From a virus, in IMG/VR virus record IMGVR_UViG_3300025120_000019: 64,000 nt of DNA; one strand, given 5' to 3'. Both the position numbers and the translations under genes were made by a program. Positions 48,501 to 58,560 of this stretch are shown here, piece by piece. The first letter of the stretch is position 1; each line of letters starts with the position of its first letter. The notes below the pieces were generated by a model, which worked only from the letters and a program-made list of their open reading frames with translations, was not told the DNA's origin and did not search any database.

Positions 48501-51500
48501 AAATCAATCAACTGTTCAAAGAGATGTTACAAATGCAACATATGATCCTGATACAGGTCTAAGTGTTATTACTATAGGTTCACACAGTTTTACTACAAGC
48601 GATAAAGCAACAATAGTTACAAATTCATTATCATTTACTTGTGATACAGATGGTAATACTGTAACCAAAACATATCCAAGATCAACTGATCCAGCCGCTG
48701 GCACTGCTTTATCAATAGCATCAGTAACTGGCAATACTATTACTGTAAACATAGGTAAATCTGGAAATACTGTAACACAGGATGTATCAGGTACAGCAGG
48801 CGGATCAGATACCGCAGTTTTTGTACAAGCTAGAATGCAAGAAGTTATAGATTTTATCACAGCAGATGGAGCAACACAACCAACAAAAATTGATCCAGGC
48901 GTTAGCTGGGTTGCACAAGCGTATCAAGATGACTTAATCCGATTAAATGCAGAAGGTCAAAAAAATATTGCACAAAATGTATCTGGATATATCGAAACAC
49001 AAACTGAAGCCGCTAAATGGTATAATTTTGTATACGATTCAGCCAAGTGCTTAAGAGATACAAAATTAATTGTTGAGGCTGTAGCAAAAGATACCTGGGA
49101 TACTGGTAACAGATATTCAAGAAGTGCTGGACTTTCTTATTACACAAAAAATTTAGCAGACTCGTCACAAATTAGTATTAGTGGACAAGAGAGACAAACA
49201 ATTGATGCAATCAAAAAAGCAAGAGATTTAGCATTAACTTATATTACATCAGTATCTGCGGGAACACAAAACTTTGTCTCATCAAGATTTGATATTGTTA
49301 CTACAATTATTAATGATCCTGGTGATTTACCAGATGCACAAGATGTAAGTTCTGAAGGTGATACAACAAACAATTTTAAAACTAATGCTACTGAAAAATC
49401 ATTTAATGCGGCTACAGATGTAAACATAGGTGTTGATGTCATTACTATTACTGGACATGGATTTGCAAATTTACAAAAAGTAATTTATACTGCTAACGGC
49501 AATACACCATTAGGTGGACTAGACGAAGAACAAACATACTACATAAACATAATTAATGACGATGAATTTAAACTTACTTTTGATGAATCTGGAGATTTTC
49601 CAGTCGATATTAGAGTATTAAGCACAGGAAGTCATAAGTTCCTATCAGGAGTAATTGAATTTTTTGTACAAGAGATAACATCTTCGCACACAACATACCA
49701 GCAATTAGAACTAGAGTCTGGATCAGAAAGTTTTGTTTTTACTCCAGGTAAATCGATAGCTGGTACAACAGGTTCAAGTAATAACAGTGCTATTGTTTCT
49801 AGTTGGGAACCAGCAGAACGTAGACTTATTGTAAGTGTTGAACAAGTTGCAGTTGGAAGTAGTTTGTTACGTATTCAATTTGATGCTACAAGTGTTATCA
49901 CAGCAGACCACGCAGGAACTCCAAATGCAAGTATTGGGGTTAATGCCGTTCAAGCAAAAACAGGATTAGGTAGTGCTACATTTTCAGTAAAAGCTACAGA
50001 CGGAAGTAGTAGTTTAACAAATTTAGGCAATTTACCTGAAAGTCAAGTATGGTTCCATAGACCTAGTATTGTTAACTCATCTTCTCACACATGGGAATAT
50101 GCAGGTTCGGGTACAGACTATAACGCACTACCGCAAAACGGTGGTAACACCAAAGCAGAGTTTGAACAGTTTGAAGAACTACCAGGGCGTGTATACTCAT
50201 CAGGTACAAACGAACTTGGTGACTTTAAAGTTGGTGACTTTATTACAGCGTTTAACAGAACAGGTAACATTACATTTAGAAACAAAGTACAGGTGGACGA
50301 ACTTGATGCTTTGAGATTAAGTGTTTCCGATGTTATTATTGAAGAAATTTCAACAAGTGTTAACTTAGGTGATGACGAATTAGGTGGTGCAACTAATACT
50401 AGATTATCAACCCAGTTAGCTGTGAGATCCTTTATTAGTAATAGACTAGGTGGATTTGTTGATAAAACTGTGAGTACTGCGGCAGTACCGGGTGCTATTG
50501 TTCAACTTAATGTTAACGGACAATTAAACGCTGACTTGATTCCTGCTACACGACAGTTTACAAATACAAATACTTTTGGATATCTTTCAAGACTAGATCA
50601 AATTGACGATATACCGGCTGTAGATTTAAAGGCTGGCGATATTGGTACTGAAAACTATGAACAACAAGAATTAACATTAAGTGGAAATATTTCAGCGGCA
50701 GACGGAGCAACAATAACACAACCTACTTCTTTTGGTGCTACAGGCTATGCTAAAGGACTCTATGGTAATAGTGGTAACATTTTGGTTGCAAGTATTACTG
50801 GTGAATGGATTGCGGGTGATGATAGTACAGGGTCACAATGGGCAACAGGCGCTGGAAATAATTTATTTGTAGACGGTGTTGACTCCGGAGTATATCCAAC
50901 TGCACTTGGCGTAGTTAGTGAAATAGTTGATAACTTCTTTATAAAAACATCTAATAGTAGTCAGTTCTTAGTTTTAGATCCTACACCAAATTATACATTT
51001 ACAACCAATGCTATAGCAAATGCGGCTAGAACAAGTAATGTATCTACTATTACAACCAGTGGCGCTCATAATCTACAAATTGGAAATACTGTCAATGTTA
51101 CTATAGCTGATAATTCAACATTTGATGAAAATGCAGTAGTTATTAGTACACCTACTGCAACATCATTTACATATGCAAATGTTGATCCTGATAATGTTGG
51201 TAGTTTTAGTGTAACTAGCGGTACAGTAGGGACAGTTGTAAAAAGTGCTGATGGTGATGCACAAGGTAAAGTTACAGAAACAAGATTTGGTGTAGCAACT
51301 GGTGTTGACAATGCGGCAATTACTGGCGGTAGTTTATATACCCCAACTACCGGAAGTAAAATATACAAAAATATTCCAATGACAGCCGTAACAGGAAGTG
51401 GAACTGGTGCTAGGGCAAATATTACAGTCACAGCAGGACAGATAACAGATGTTGACCTAATAAGAGGTGGTACAGGATATGCGTCAGGCGACGAGCTTGG

Positions 51501-54500
51501 TGCAAGCCCTACAGACATTGGCGGCACAGGTAGTGGTTTTAAAATTGTTTGTACTGCTATTGAAAAACGTATATATGTTGATATTATTGGTGGTGTGTTA
51601 TTTGTTGCAAGTACATCAAGTGTTGACTTTGTTGAAGATAACACAGCTATTGCAAATAAGAAAACAATAAACTTAGATGATAACATTTCTAAAAACTTCT
51701 TAGCTGGTTCATCCGGTGGTAGTGGTAACGTAGACTATACTAATGATAGAATTACAATTACAAACCACGGATTTACAACTGGTGATCCTGTTTCATATGA
51801 CACACTTACAAATGTGCCAATTGGAGGGTTAACAAATACTCAAGTTGTTTATGTAAAAGTTATTGATGCAAATACAATTGAATTGTACGAAGGATTTTCG
51901 TTACTTAACAAAGTAGAGTTCTTAACAACTCCAGCAAATAATAATCATAACCTTACAAGAAAAACTGTTAACATAACTGATAATAGTATTATTGTTGAAG
52001 GACACGGATTTACAACAGGTAACGCACTTAGACTTGTTACCTTGTCAGACGGTAGCTCATCAAATGCATTATTTTCTGTAGGTGGAACAGCTATTGCATC
52101 AGGTTCTAGATTCTTTGTTGGTTCTGTAACAACAAACTCTTTTACATTGCATACGTTAAGATCAGATGCTTTAAGTAGTATTAATGATTTGGTTACTAAT
52201 GCACAAGACATTGACGGTATTGGTGTTGGTAGTGCTGAGGTAATACAACAAAATGTTCAAGTTATTTCGCAAGTAAACTCCTCTAGTAAAACAGTATCTA
52301 ATTGGAATTCACTTGCTGTTACAAATATTGACGCAAGTAACATTATTTCTGGTATAGTATCTCCAAGTAGATTGGGTGGAGCAGGTACTCCTAATAGTGA
52401 TACATTCTTAAGGGGTGATAGTGCATATTCTGTAGTTGTACAAAAATTGAAAAAAGCATCAACCACAGATAATCCAATAACTCTTACAGGTAGTAGCATT
52501 AGTCAAGAATTTTATGGAACAGTAAATGTAGGTGTAAACAATATTGATCTCAATCCTGGTGGAACTTTTAGTACACTTGGAACATCACGATTTTTACAAT
52601 CACAATTTGATGTTGCTTCAGATGCTAGTGGACAAGTTTTTCTTAAGGATGGTGTAATAGATGCTGGTACATTAGATTCACTAGATAGTGCATACTTCTT
52701 GAACCCAGCAAACTTAACATCAGCTGTTCCTGTAAATAGAGGCGGCACAAACTTAACCACATATGCTGTTGGAGATATAATTTATGCTTCAACAACAGGT
52801 ACATTGAATCCGTTAAATATTGGTAGGAAAGACTCTGTTTTAAAAGTATCAGCAACTGGTATACCAGAGTGGGGTACTGCACTTGATCTTGCAGAAGGAT
52901 TAGATGTTGGTGCCGCAAAACTTACTTCGTCAAGCACAGGTGCTGGACAAGTTTATAATGCAAATGTTTCAAGCTTAGAAATTGGTGGCGCCGCAACAAA
53001 TATTGCTTTTGGTAGTACAGCAGATACAAGGAATATATTTACACTACTTGCTAGTTACGAAGCAAACGCAAGCCAATCAGTGGTAGCTAACTTAACCAGT
53101 ATTACTCAAACTACAAATGGTGTTGCGGCAAATGGCGATAAAGAAATTCCATTAACATCAACGACAGGAATATTATCAGGTATGCTTATAACTGGTAGTG
53201 CATCTATTCCGGCAAACACAACAGTAACTGGTGTAACTGAAAACTTTATATATCTAAGTGCAGAAACAACAGGTACTGTAGCATCTGCACTAACATTAAC
53301 TTTTACTTATACACCATTTACATTAGGTATAAACGTTGGTGATACAATTAATGTTGCTTCAAGTACAATAGCAAATCTAGATGGGTCATGGCCTGTAACT
53401 GGTGCTACAGAAAATGCTACATCGTTTACTTTCCAAACAGATGCTAATGTTACAGCATCAAATGGTGATACCCCGGCTGGTGCATTAACTATTGATTCAA
53501 ACTTTGTAGTTAAAAATACAAAGTTTGTGTTAGGAAATGCAGAACACGCAACTACTCCAGAACCTGGAAGACTCTTAGGCACATCTGGTATTGGTACAGA
53601 TAAATCCGGAGGAAGTATTAGTATTGAGGGCGGTTTAGGTACAGGTAACGGAACAGGCGGAGACGTAATTATCAAAACAGGTGATGTTTCAACCACTGGT
53701 GATATTAAGCATACAAGTAAACAGCGTATGAAAATTGATACACAAGGTCATGTAGGAATCGGTGAACATGAGCCGGACACTACATTACATATTAAAGAAA
53801 CAGCTGGAACAGATACTACTTTTACAATGCAACGAGGTGCAAATACTGATAGAAACCAAATTGTATTTGAGCAAGCAGACGGAACGGCTGTTGGCCATAT
53901 TAAGCATGATGCTGGTGGTAATGATATTGTTATTGGTAATTATAACGGATCTGCTATAATAGATAGAATTAAAATTACAGGCACAAATGGTAATGTAGAA
54001 ATTACATCCGACCTAGAAGTAGACGGTGGAGATATTACTACGGATCAGGCTACTTTTAATCTAATTAACACAAATGCTACTAGCGTAAATGCATTTGGAG
54101 CGGCTACTACTATACAAATGGGTACAGGTGGCGATGGTGGTGGATCAACTACAATCGGACATGATTTAGTTGTACAAGGTGATCTAACAGTTAACGGAAG
54201 TCAAACTACTATTAACAGTACAACACTTACAGTTGATGATAAAAATATTGTTATTGCAAGCGGAGCCGCAGATAGTTCAGCGGCAAATGGTGCAGGTATT
54301 ACTATAGATGGTGCAAGTGCTACTTTAACCTGGGATCACGCTAATACTACTTGGGATTCAAATCAAGACTTTAATCTTGCTAGTGGAAAAGAATACTTTA
54401 TAAACGATGCTAGTGTATTAAATGCAACAACATTAGGATCAGCAGTAGTTAATTCCAGTCTACAAACATTAGGCACAATTACTACAGGTGTGTGGAATGG

Positions 54501-57348
54501 AACAATTATAGATCCTACATACGGTGGAACAGGTGTTAACAACGGTTCAAAAACTATTACATTAGGCGGATCGTTTACACACACCGGTGCTCACACATTA
54601 GGAATTACTACAACAGGAAACACAAGTGTAACATTACCAACAAGCGGTACTATTGCAAGAGTAGATGACGGACTAAATCAATTCGCGGCAACTACTTCGG
54701 CACAATTAGCTGGTGTATTAAGTGACGAAACTGGCACTGGAGTTGCTGTTTTTGGTACAAGCCCAGAAATTACAACAAGTATTACAACAGGTAGTACAAC
54801 ATTTGGCTTAATAGATGCTACTGCTACAACTGTTAACTTTGCTAGAGCGGCCACAGCTTTAAAAATGGGTGCCGCTACTGGTACAACTACTATACAAAAC
54901 AACTTAAACGTTGACGGTGACATCGAAATTGATGGAGGAGATTTAACATTTAGCGATGCAAGTATTAACATTGCTAACACTACTCCAACCACTGTAAATT
55001 TTGCAGATGCGGCATCAACATTAAATATTGGTGCTACAACTGGTACAATGACATTGAAAAATACAAACATTGTTATTACTAACGACTTAGCAATTAATGG
55101 TACATCATTAGATACAGATGAAACTGCAACGTTTAACCTACTTAAAGATAATGTAACTACTATTGCATTTGGACAAGCGGCAACAGCTATTCAAATGGGT
55201 GCAACAACTGGCACAACAACAGTAAGAAACAATCTAACTACAGATGGTGACTTAACTATTTCTGCAGGTGGCGTGCTTATAGCAGATGCTATTAATAACA
55301 TTCCAATTGGAAATTTAACACCAAGCTCAGCCGCATTTACAACCCTTACAGCAAATAATTTTGTTACGTTCACAGATGCTACAAATGCAACAGGTGATTT
55401 TGCAAGTGGTAGTGCATCAGTTAAAATGACAGGCGGATTACACGTAGCAAAAGATATAAAAGCTGATAACTTCATAGGTGATGCTAGTGCAAGTGACCTT
55501 ACAAGTGGTACTATTCCAGACGCAAGAGTACCTTCAAGTGCAATTACACAACACCAAACAGATATTACTGCAACTGGTATATTAAATGGTGGTAGTATTA
55601 CATCAGGATTTGGTAGCATTAATATTGGTACTAGTACATTTTCTGGAAATGGAGGTGGCTTAACTGATCTAGTTGCTACACAATTATCAAGTGGTACAAT
55701 TCCAGATGCACGTATCCAATCAAGCGGTGTTACACAACACCAAGCTGATCTTACAGCAACCGGACAACTTAATGCAGGAAGTATATCAACAGGATTTGGT
55801 AACATTGATATTGGAGCAAGTTCGTTTACTGGAACAGGTGCTTGTTCTTTTGGTGCAACAAGCTTTAATGATAATAATATTACAAATGTTGGTAGTATTG
55901 CTTTAGATAGTATTACTTCAGATAATGGAGCTAGTATTGATTTTAATTCAAATGCAGTGGTAACATTTGCTAACACAAGTTCATCAACAAGTACTACAAC
56001 AGGCGCTGTAAGAGTAAGCGGTGGTTTGGGTGTTGCTGGTGCATTATATGCCGCATCAATGTACACTGCTGATGGTAGTAACGTACAATCACTTAATGCA
56101 AGTTATCTTGCAAGCGGTACAGTACCAAACACAAGGATTGATGGAACATATAGTAACTTAACAGGTACTGGTGCATTAGACGCAGGTGAAATTACTGCTA
56201 ACTTTGGTAATGTTAATATCGGCACAAGCACATTCACTGGTAATGGTAGTGGGCTTACAAACGTAGATGCTACAACACTTGATAGTATAGATAGTGGTTC
56301 GTTTGTGCGTAGTGATGCTGATGACACTATTACTGGACTTTTAACAACAAGTAGAAGCGGCGAACAACTAAAACTTAGTGACACTAGTGCAACAGGTAAT
56401 CCTTATATTGGCTTTTATCAAGGTACTACAAGAAGAGCTTATATTCAATTTGTAGACTCTGGAGGAATACTACGTTTAGCAAGTGACGAAAACAATGACA
56501 GACTAGATATTGGCAACGGAACAACCGGATTACAACACTATGTTGATGGCACTGGTTACACTGTATGGACTTCAGCTAATGACGGTACTGGTAGTGGATT
56601 AGATGCTGATACACTTGACGGTGTAAACTCAGGAAGTTTTTTACGTAGCGATGCAAATGATAGTTTCACTGGTACACTAAGCGGTACAGGAAGCATAAAC
56701 ATAAGCGGAAATGTAAGTTGTACAAGTCTATCAGGAGATGGTAGCGGTATCACTGGTGTTACAGCAACAAATGCAGGCACACTTGACAACTTAGATAGTT
56801 CACAGTTCTTGCGTAGTGATTCAGCAGATCAAAAAACATCAGGTAGTTTAAGATTTAATGATAGTATTCAATTAAACTTTGGTACAGGAGACGATGCAGA
56901 AATTTATCATAATGGTTCGGATTTGTATTTTGATCTGAATTCAGACGATGATATATACTTTAGAGATGGTAATAGCAGTAACGCAACAAGATTTACTTTT
57001 GATATAAGCAGTGGTAACTTTACAGCATCAGGCGAAATTACAGCGTTCTCTGATGCTACTCTAAAAGACAATATCGAAATTATTGCAGATCCATTAACAA
57101 AGATACTAAGTGTAAGAGGTGTAACCTTTACTCGTACTGATCTTGCTGATACTGAAACAAGACACATGGGTGTAATTGCACAAGAAATAGAAGAGCATTT
57201 CCCAGAGGTTGTAACCACACATGAAGAATCAGGTATTAAAACTGTAAACTATGGTGCTATGGCAGGTGTGTTTATCGAAGCAATAAAAGCACAGCAAACT
57301 CAAATTGATGATCTTAAAAGAATGGTTAAAAAGTTAACCGATAAATAG
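45559..57348 (+). CDS. Giant tail-fibre protein (3929 aa) with C-terminal peptidase S74 intramolecular chaperone
   Basis: N-terminal KRSAVAGKQP...L..GELAINTADGKVY fibre anchor; same beta-helix and KCxRD repeats as the 3450-aa paralogue; LDADTLDG...FLRSD repeats; C-terminal SDATLKDNI...GVIAQEIE..FPEVV...VNY plus coiled coil (S74). Confidence 0.85.
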   Translation: MATKIKHKRSAVAGKQPSVSQLESGELAINTADGKVYLLRDDNTVQDITKRVFEGNTELKVDDLGDSTSAAITARVNADDKMIITDNGININDDVQIENANTLTLKELTGSGADGVSLKAPDTLDAGYSLTLPPNSGTIGQLLKTDANGNLSFTDPDIFGGNVVYVSNEQGDDINDGQSAPVKTIKRACQIASGLVYNTDGTTNNKRVNVKVAVGDYTEQNPIIVPDNTVIKGDGLRGCILRPANANEDMLRVRNACYFGEVTFRDGVDENGVPLITFDYAVAFDDPFDVTVARVGYTNMPTSRPFITTSPYIQNCSILSFLGGNGAKIDGSKITSPNVGLVPSEQENPVVGSIPEQGKSMVANAFTILSFGGTAWRLTNDAYAQIVSCFEIFLLNGVYTQSGGYCSITNSATNFGLYALRSSGYSPKAFEFDRAFVSSTGAFEGLQTLSVVGINRASPVEEFVLRFRDPDYKTARDLLLLAKNTIATDTVSYINTQIAGASASIWAGYDYDPLQAKCERDTKLLVDAIRYDAAFNTNYRSIASVITYFNGRQTPAVFESQRLQEVDAFTQAKAFTTNITQDSTYDARVNALWDEVIDILEHSGTYTAGTGTSYNAASGSLILNVGAHDLTVGTQIEIAPNSLSFSCDYGQGAHTYVGGTVTDAITITSGSVKRDVTDATYNHATGVMELTIGSHSFTTSDTVTIETNSLTFTCAADSNATNHTYPRVGDPADGVAIAISAVSGTTITVNVGAVGSSSSTKTYPRAVNASNGDPDPAYKTPVTITAVNATTVTVNIGNAGSAASSAHTFESATANSITVAGTGTFSDPTGYNTSYLAGYGNARAQLIANRKFIVAEITAYVNNQIAAGTAPFSKTFTYSKEKCEEDIGHYLDAFLYDLTYGGNLQTIDAANQNFTNTTQAGGLANNRLSEYGEKAQTLAAYVRLKEVLGQIVQEQTVTKSGGGVHTYVGGTVTNAVTITAPNQSTVQRDVTNATYDPDTGLSVITIGSHSFTTSDKATIVTNSLSFTCDTDGNTVTKTYPRSTDPAAGTALSIASVTGNTITVNIGKSGNTVTQDVSGTAGGSDTAVFVQARMQEVIDFITADGATQPTKIDPGVSWVAQAYQDDLIRLNAEGQKNIAQNVSGYIETQTEAAKWYNFVYDSAKCLRDTKLIVEAVAKDTWDTGNRYSRSAGLSYYTKNLADSSQISISGQERQTIDAIKKARDLALTYITSVSAGTQNFVSSRFDIVTTIINDPGDLPDAQDVSSEGDTTNNFKTNATEKSFNAATDVNIGVDVITITGHGFANLQKVIYTANGNTPLGGLDEEQTYYINIINDDEFKLTFDESGDFPVDIRVLSTGSHKFLSGVIEFFVQEITSSHTTYQQLELESGSESFVFTPGKSIAGTTGSSNNSAIVSSWEPAERRLIVSVEQVAVGSSLLRIQFDATSVITADHAGTPNASIGVNAVQAKTGLGSATFSVKATDGSSSLTNLGNLPESQVWFHRPSIVNSSSHTWEYAGSGTDYNALPQNGGNTKAEFEQFEELPGRVYSSGTNELGDFKVGDFITAFNRTGNITFRNKVQVDELDALRLSVSDVIIEEISTSVNLGDDELGGATNTRLSTQLAVRSFISNRLGGFVDKTVSTAAVPGAIVQLNVNGQLNADLIPATRQFTNTNTFGYLSRLDQIDDIPAVDLKAGDIGTENYEQQELTLSGNISAADGATITQPTSFGATGYAKGLYGNSGNILVASITGEWIAGDDSTGSQWATGAGNNLFVDGVDSGVYPTALGVVSEIVDNFFIKTSNSSQFLVLDPTPNYTFTTNAIANAARTSNVSTITTSGAHNLQIGNTVNVTIADNSTFDENAVVISTPTATSFTYANVDPDNVGSFSVTSGTVGTVVKSADGDAQGKVTETRFGVATGVDNAAITGGSLYTPTTGSKIYKNIPMTAVTGSGTGARANITVTAGQITDVDLIRGGTGYASGDELGASPTDIGGTGSGFKIVCTAIEKRIYVDIIGGVLFVASTSSVDFVEDNTAIANKKTINLDDNISKNFLAGSSGGSGNVDYTNDRITITNHGFTTGDPVSYDTLTNVPIGGLTNTQVVYVKVIDANTIELYEGFSLLNKVEFLTTPANNNHNLTRKTVNITDNSIIVEGHGFTTGNALRLVTLSDGSSSNALFSVGGTAIASGSRFFVGSVTTNSFTLHTLRSDALSSINDLVTNAQDIDGIGVGSAEVIQQNVQVISQVNSSSKTVSNWNSLAVTNIDASNIISGIVSPSRLGGAGTPNSDTFLRGDSAYSVVVQKLKKASTTDNPITLTGSSISQEFYGTVNVGVNNIDLNPGGTFSTLGTSRFLQSQFDVASDASGQVFLKDGVIDAGTLDSLDSAYFLNPANLTSAVPVNRGGTNLTTYAVGDIIYASTTGTLNPLNIGRKDSVLKVSATGIPEWGTALDLAEGLDVGAAKLTSSSTGAGQVYNANVSSLEIGGAATNIAFGSTADTRNIFTLLASYEANASQSVVANLTSITQTTNGVAANGDKEIPLTSTTGILSGMLITGSASIPANTTVTGVTENFIYLSAETTGTVASALTLTFTYTPFTLGINVGDTINVASSTIANLDGSWPVTGATENATSFTFQTDANVTASNGDTPAGALTIDSNFVVKNTKFVLGNAEHATTPEPGRLLGTSGIGTDKSGGSISIEGGLGTGNGTGGDVIIKTGDVSTTGDIKHTSKQRMKIDTQGHVGIGEHEPDTTLHIKETAGTDTTFTMQRGANTDRNQIVFEQADGTAVGHIKHDAGGNDIVIGNYNGSAIIDRIKITGTNGNVEITSDLEVDGGDITTDQATFNLINTNATSVNAFGAATTIQMGTGGDGGGSTTIGHDLVVQGDLTVNGSQTTINSTTLTVDDKNIVIASGAADSSAANGAGITIDGASATLTWDHANTTWDSNQDFNLASGKEYFINDASVLNATTLGSAVVNSSLQTLGTITTGVWNGTIIDPTYGGTGVNNGSKTITLGGSFTHTGAHTLGITTTGNTSVTLPTSGTIARVDDGLNQFAATTSAQLAGVLSDETGTGVAVFGTSPEITTSITTGSTTFGLIDATATTVNFARAATALKMGAATGTTTIQNNLNVDGDIEIDGGDLTFSDASINIANTTPTTVNFADAASTLNIGATTGTMTLKNTNIVITNDLAINGTSLDTDETATFNLLKDNVTTIAFGQAATAIQMGATTGTTTVRNNLTTDGDLTISAGGVLIADAINNIPIGNLTPSSAAFTTLTANNFVTFTDATNATGDFASGSASVKMTGGLHVAKDIKADNFIGDASASDLTSGTIPDARVPSSAITQHQTDITATGILNGGSITSGFGSINIGTSTFSGNGGGLTDLVATQLSSGTIPDARIQSSGVTQHQADLTATGQLNAGSISTGFGNIDIGASSFTGTGACSFGATSFNDNNITNVGSIALDSITSDNGASIDFNSNAVVTFANTSSSTSTTTGAVRVSGGLGVAGALYAASMYTADGSNVQSLNASYLASGTVPNTRIDGTYSNLTGTGALDAGEITANFGNVNIGTSTFTGNGSGLTNVDATTLDSIDSGSFVRSDADDTITGLLTTSRSGEQLKLSDTSATGNPYIGFYQGTTRRAYIQFVDSGGILRLASDENNDRLDIGNGTTGLQHYVDGTGYTVWTSANDGTGSGLDADTLDGVNSGSFLRSDANDSFTGTLSGTGSINISGNVSCTSLSGDGSGITGVTATNAGTLDNLDSSQFLRSDSADQKTSGSLRFNDSIQLNFGTGDDAEIYHNGSDLYFDLNSDDDIYFRDGNSSNATRFTFDISSGNFTASGEITAFSDATLKDNIEIIADPLTKILSVRGVTFTRTDLADTETRHMGVIAQEIEEHFPEVVTTHEESGIKTVNYGAMAGVFIEAIKAQQTQIDDLKRMVKKLTDK

Positions 57349-57359
57349 ACTATAAGGAC

Positions 57360-57388
57360 TTGACATACATAATTATAAGTGTTAAAAT
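57360..57388 (+). promoter_or_regulatory. sigma70-like promoter (plus late TAAATA core at 57342-47)
   Basis: TTGACA-17 nt-TAAAAT with extended -10 TG. Confidence 0.6.
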
Positions 57389-57414
57389 AAAAAATATGAA
57401 TGTAGGAAAATAAT

Positions 57415-57585
57415 ATGGCTTTACCTAATACAGGAAGCACAATTACAATGAGTCAAATCTCTAACTATTTCAGTGGACCATCGTCCACAATTAGACTCAG
57501 TGCCGATTTAGGACCATATATAGGTATAGGTAACCAGGCTACTATATCAATGAGTAGTAGTTTTGGCGGATATTATTTTCCATAA
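57415..57585 (+). CDS. Unannotated 56-aa protein resembling a fibre-tip cap (gp38 N-terminal-like) domain
   Basis: SD agga, ATG 57415; MALPNTGSTITMSQISNYFSGPSSTIRLSADLGPYIGIGNQATISMSSSFGGYYFP, directly after the S74-bearing fibre gene. Confidence 0.6.
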   Translation: MALPNTGSTITMSQISNYFSGPSSTIRLSADLGPYIGIGNQATISMSSSFGGYYFP

Positions 57586-57601
57586 TTTAACAGGAGAACT
57601 T

Positions 57602-57976
57602 ATGATAACATTATACGAAATTATGAACGTACACCTAGCTGATGAATATACAAAAGCAAGGAAAAAACATCTAGTCACAACAATGGAGCTAGAAAAAGAT
57701 TTGTTTAATCAAGCTGTTGAAGCTATTGATGCTATGGATATTCCAGAAGATGATGAAAGACATCATTGGATACAAAAATTTGGTATCACAGCAGGTATCG
57801 ATTTGCTTACATTAGGCAAAGTACAGCCAGAAAATATGTTGGCTATGAGAGGATTAGGTGATGATTTTCAAGAAGCTGTAAAAGTTGCAACAAGCACAGC
57901 AAGGAAATTAAATCAAAATACCATCGATGCTGAAAAAGACCTAAACGAAGAACTTATACCAAATACTACAATTTAA
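57602..57976 (+). CDS. Hypothetical protein (124 aa; start corrected from TTG 57563 to ATG 57602)
   Basis: SD caggag 5 nt before ATG 57602; the TTG start would overlap the 56-aa ORF. Confidence 0.65.
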   Translation: MITLYEIMNVHLADEYTKARKKHLVTTMELEKDLFNQAVEAIDAMDIPEDDERHHWIQKFGITAGIDLLTLGKVQPENMLAMRGLGDDFQEAVKVATSTARKLNQNTIDAEKDLNEELIPNTTI

Positions 57977-58560
57977 TGAAAATTAGTATATGTGTTCCTT
58001 GCAGAGATCAAGTACACACTCTGTTTACACAAAGTTTAGTTAATCTGACCAATAGACTTACCCGCAAGCAAATAGATTTCGAATTGCATCTGTTTGCCGG
58101 AAGTGTAATCTGTGAGTCACGCACAAGACTTGTTAACGAAGCTTTATCTGTAAATAGTGATAAAATATTATTTTTGGATAGTGATATACAATTTCCTTCA
58201 AATGTAGTAGACAAGCTAAATTCTCATAATAAAGATATTGTTGGAGCAACTTATAGCACAAGATATCCACCTTATCAAACTGTAGCATTTACTAATCCAG
58301 ATAATATAAAAGATAGATTAGGTGTTTCTAGTGGGCTACATAAAATTTGGGCTGTAGGAATGGGATGTATGTTGATTGATAAAAATGTATTTTATACATT
58401 GCCTAAACCTTGGTTTAATCACGAATATAATAAAATAGACGATACGTTTAGCGGAGAAGATATATACTTTTGCAATCAGGCAATGCATCACGGCGTAGAT
58501 GTATGGATAGATGCTGATATAAAATTAGCACATATAGGAACAAAGGCATACACATTATGA
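57976..58560 (+). CDS. GT-A fold (GT2-like) glycosyltransferase
   Basis: ISICVP start, R..LV..AL...DKILFLDSD (DxD), GMGCMLI...VF, GEDIYFC and GV.VW.D...LAHIG motifs. Confidence 0.8.
   Translation: MKISICVPCRDQVHTLFTQSLVNLTNRLTRKQIDFELHLFAGSVICESRTRLVNEALSVNSDKILFLDSDIQFPSNVVDKLNSHNKDIVGATYSTRYPPYQTVAFTNPDNIKDRLGVSSGLHKIWAVGMGCMLIDKNVFYTLPKPWFNHEYNKIDDTFSGEDIYFCNQAMHHGVDVWIDADIKLAHIGTKAYTL

Noticed and set aside
45559-57348. Diversity-generating retroelement acting on the fibre
   Set aside because: No reverse transcriptase and no non-coding template repeat differing only at adenines in this window; the repeats seen are coding in both copies.
57563-57601. TTG start given by the ORF track for the 137-aa ORF
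   Set aside because: Overlaps the 56-aa gene; ATG 57602 has a clear SD.
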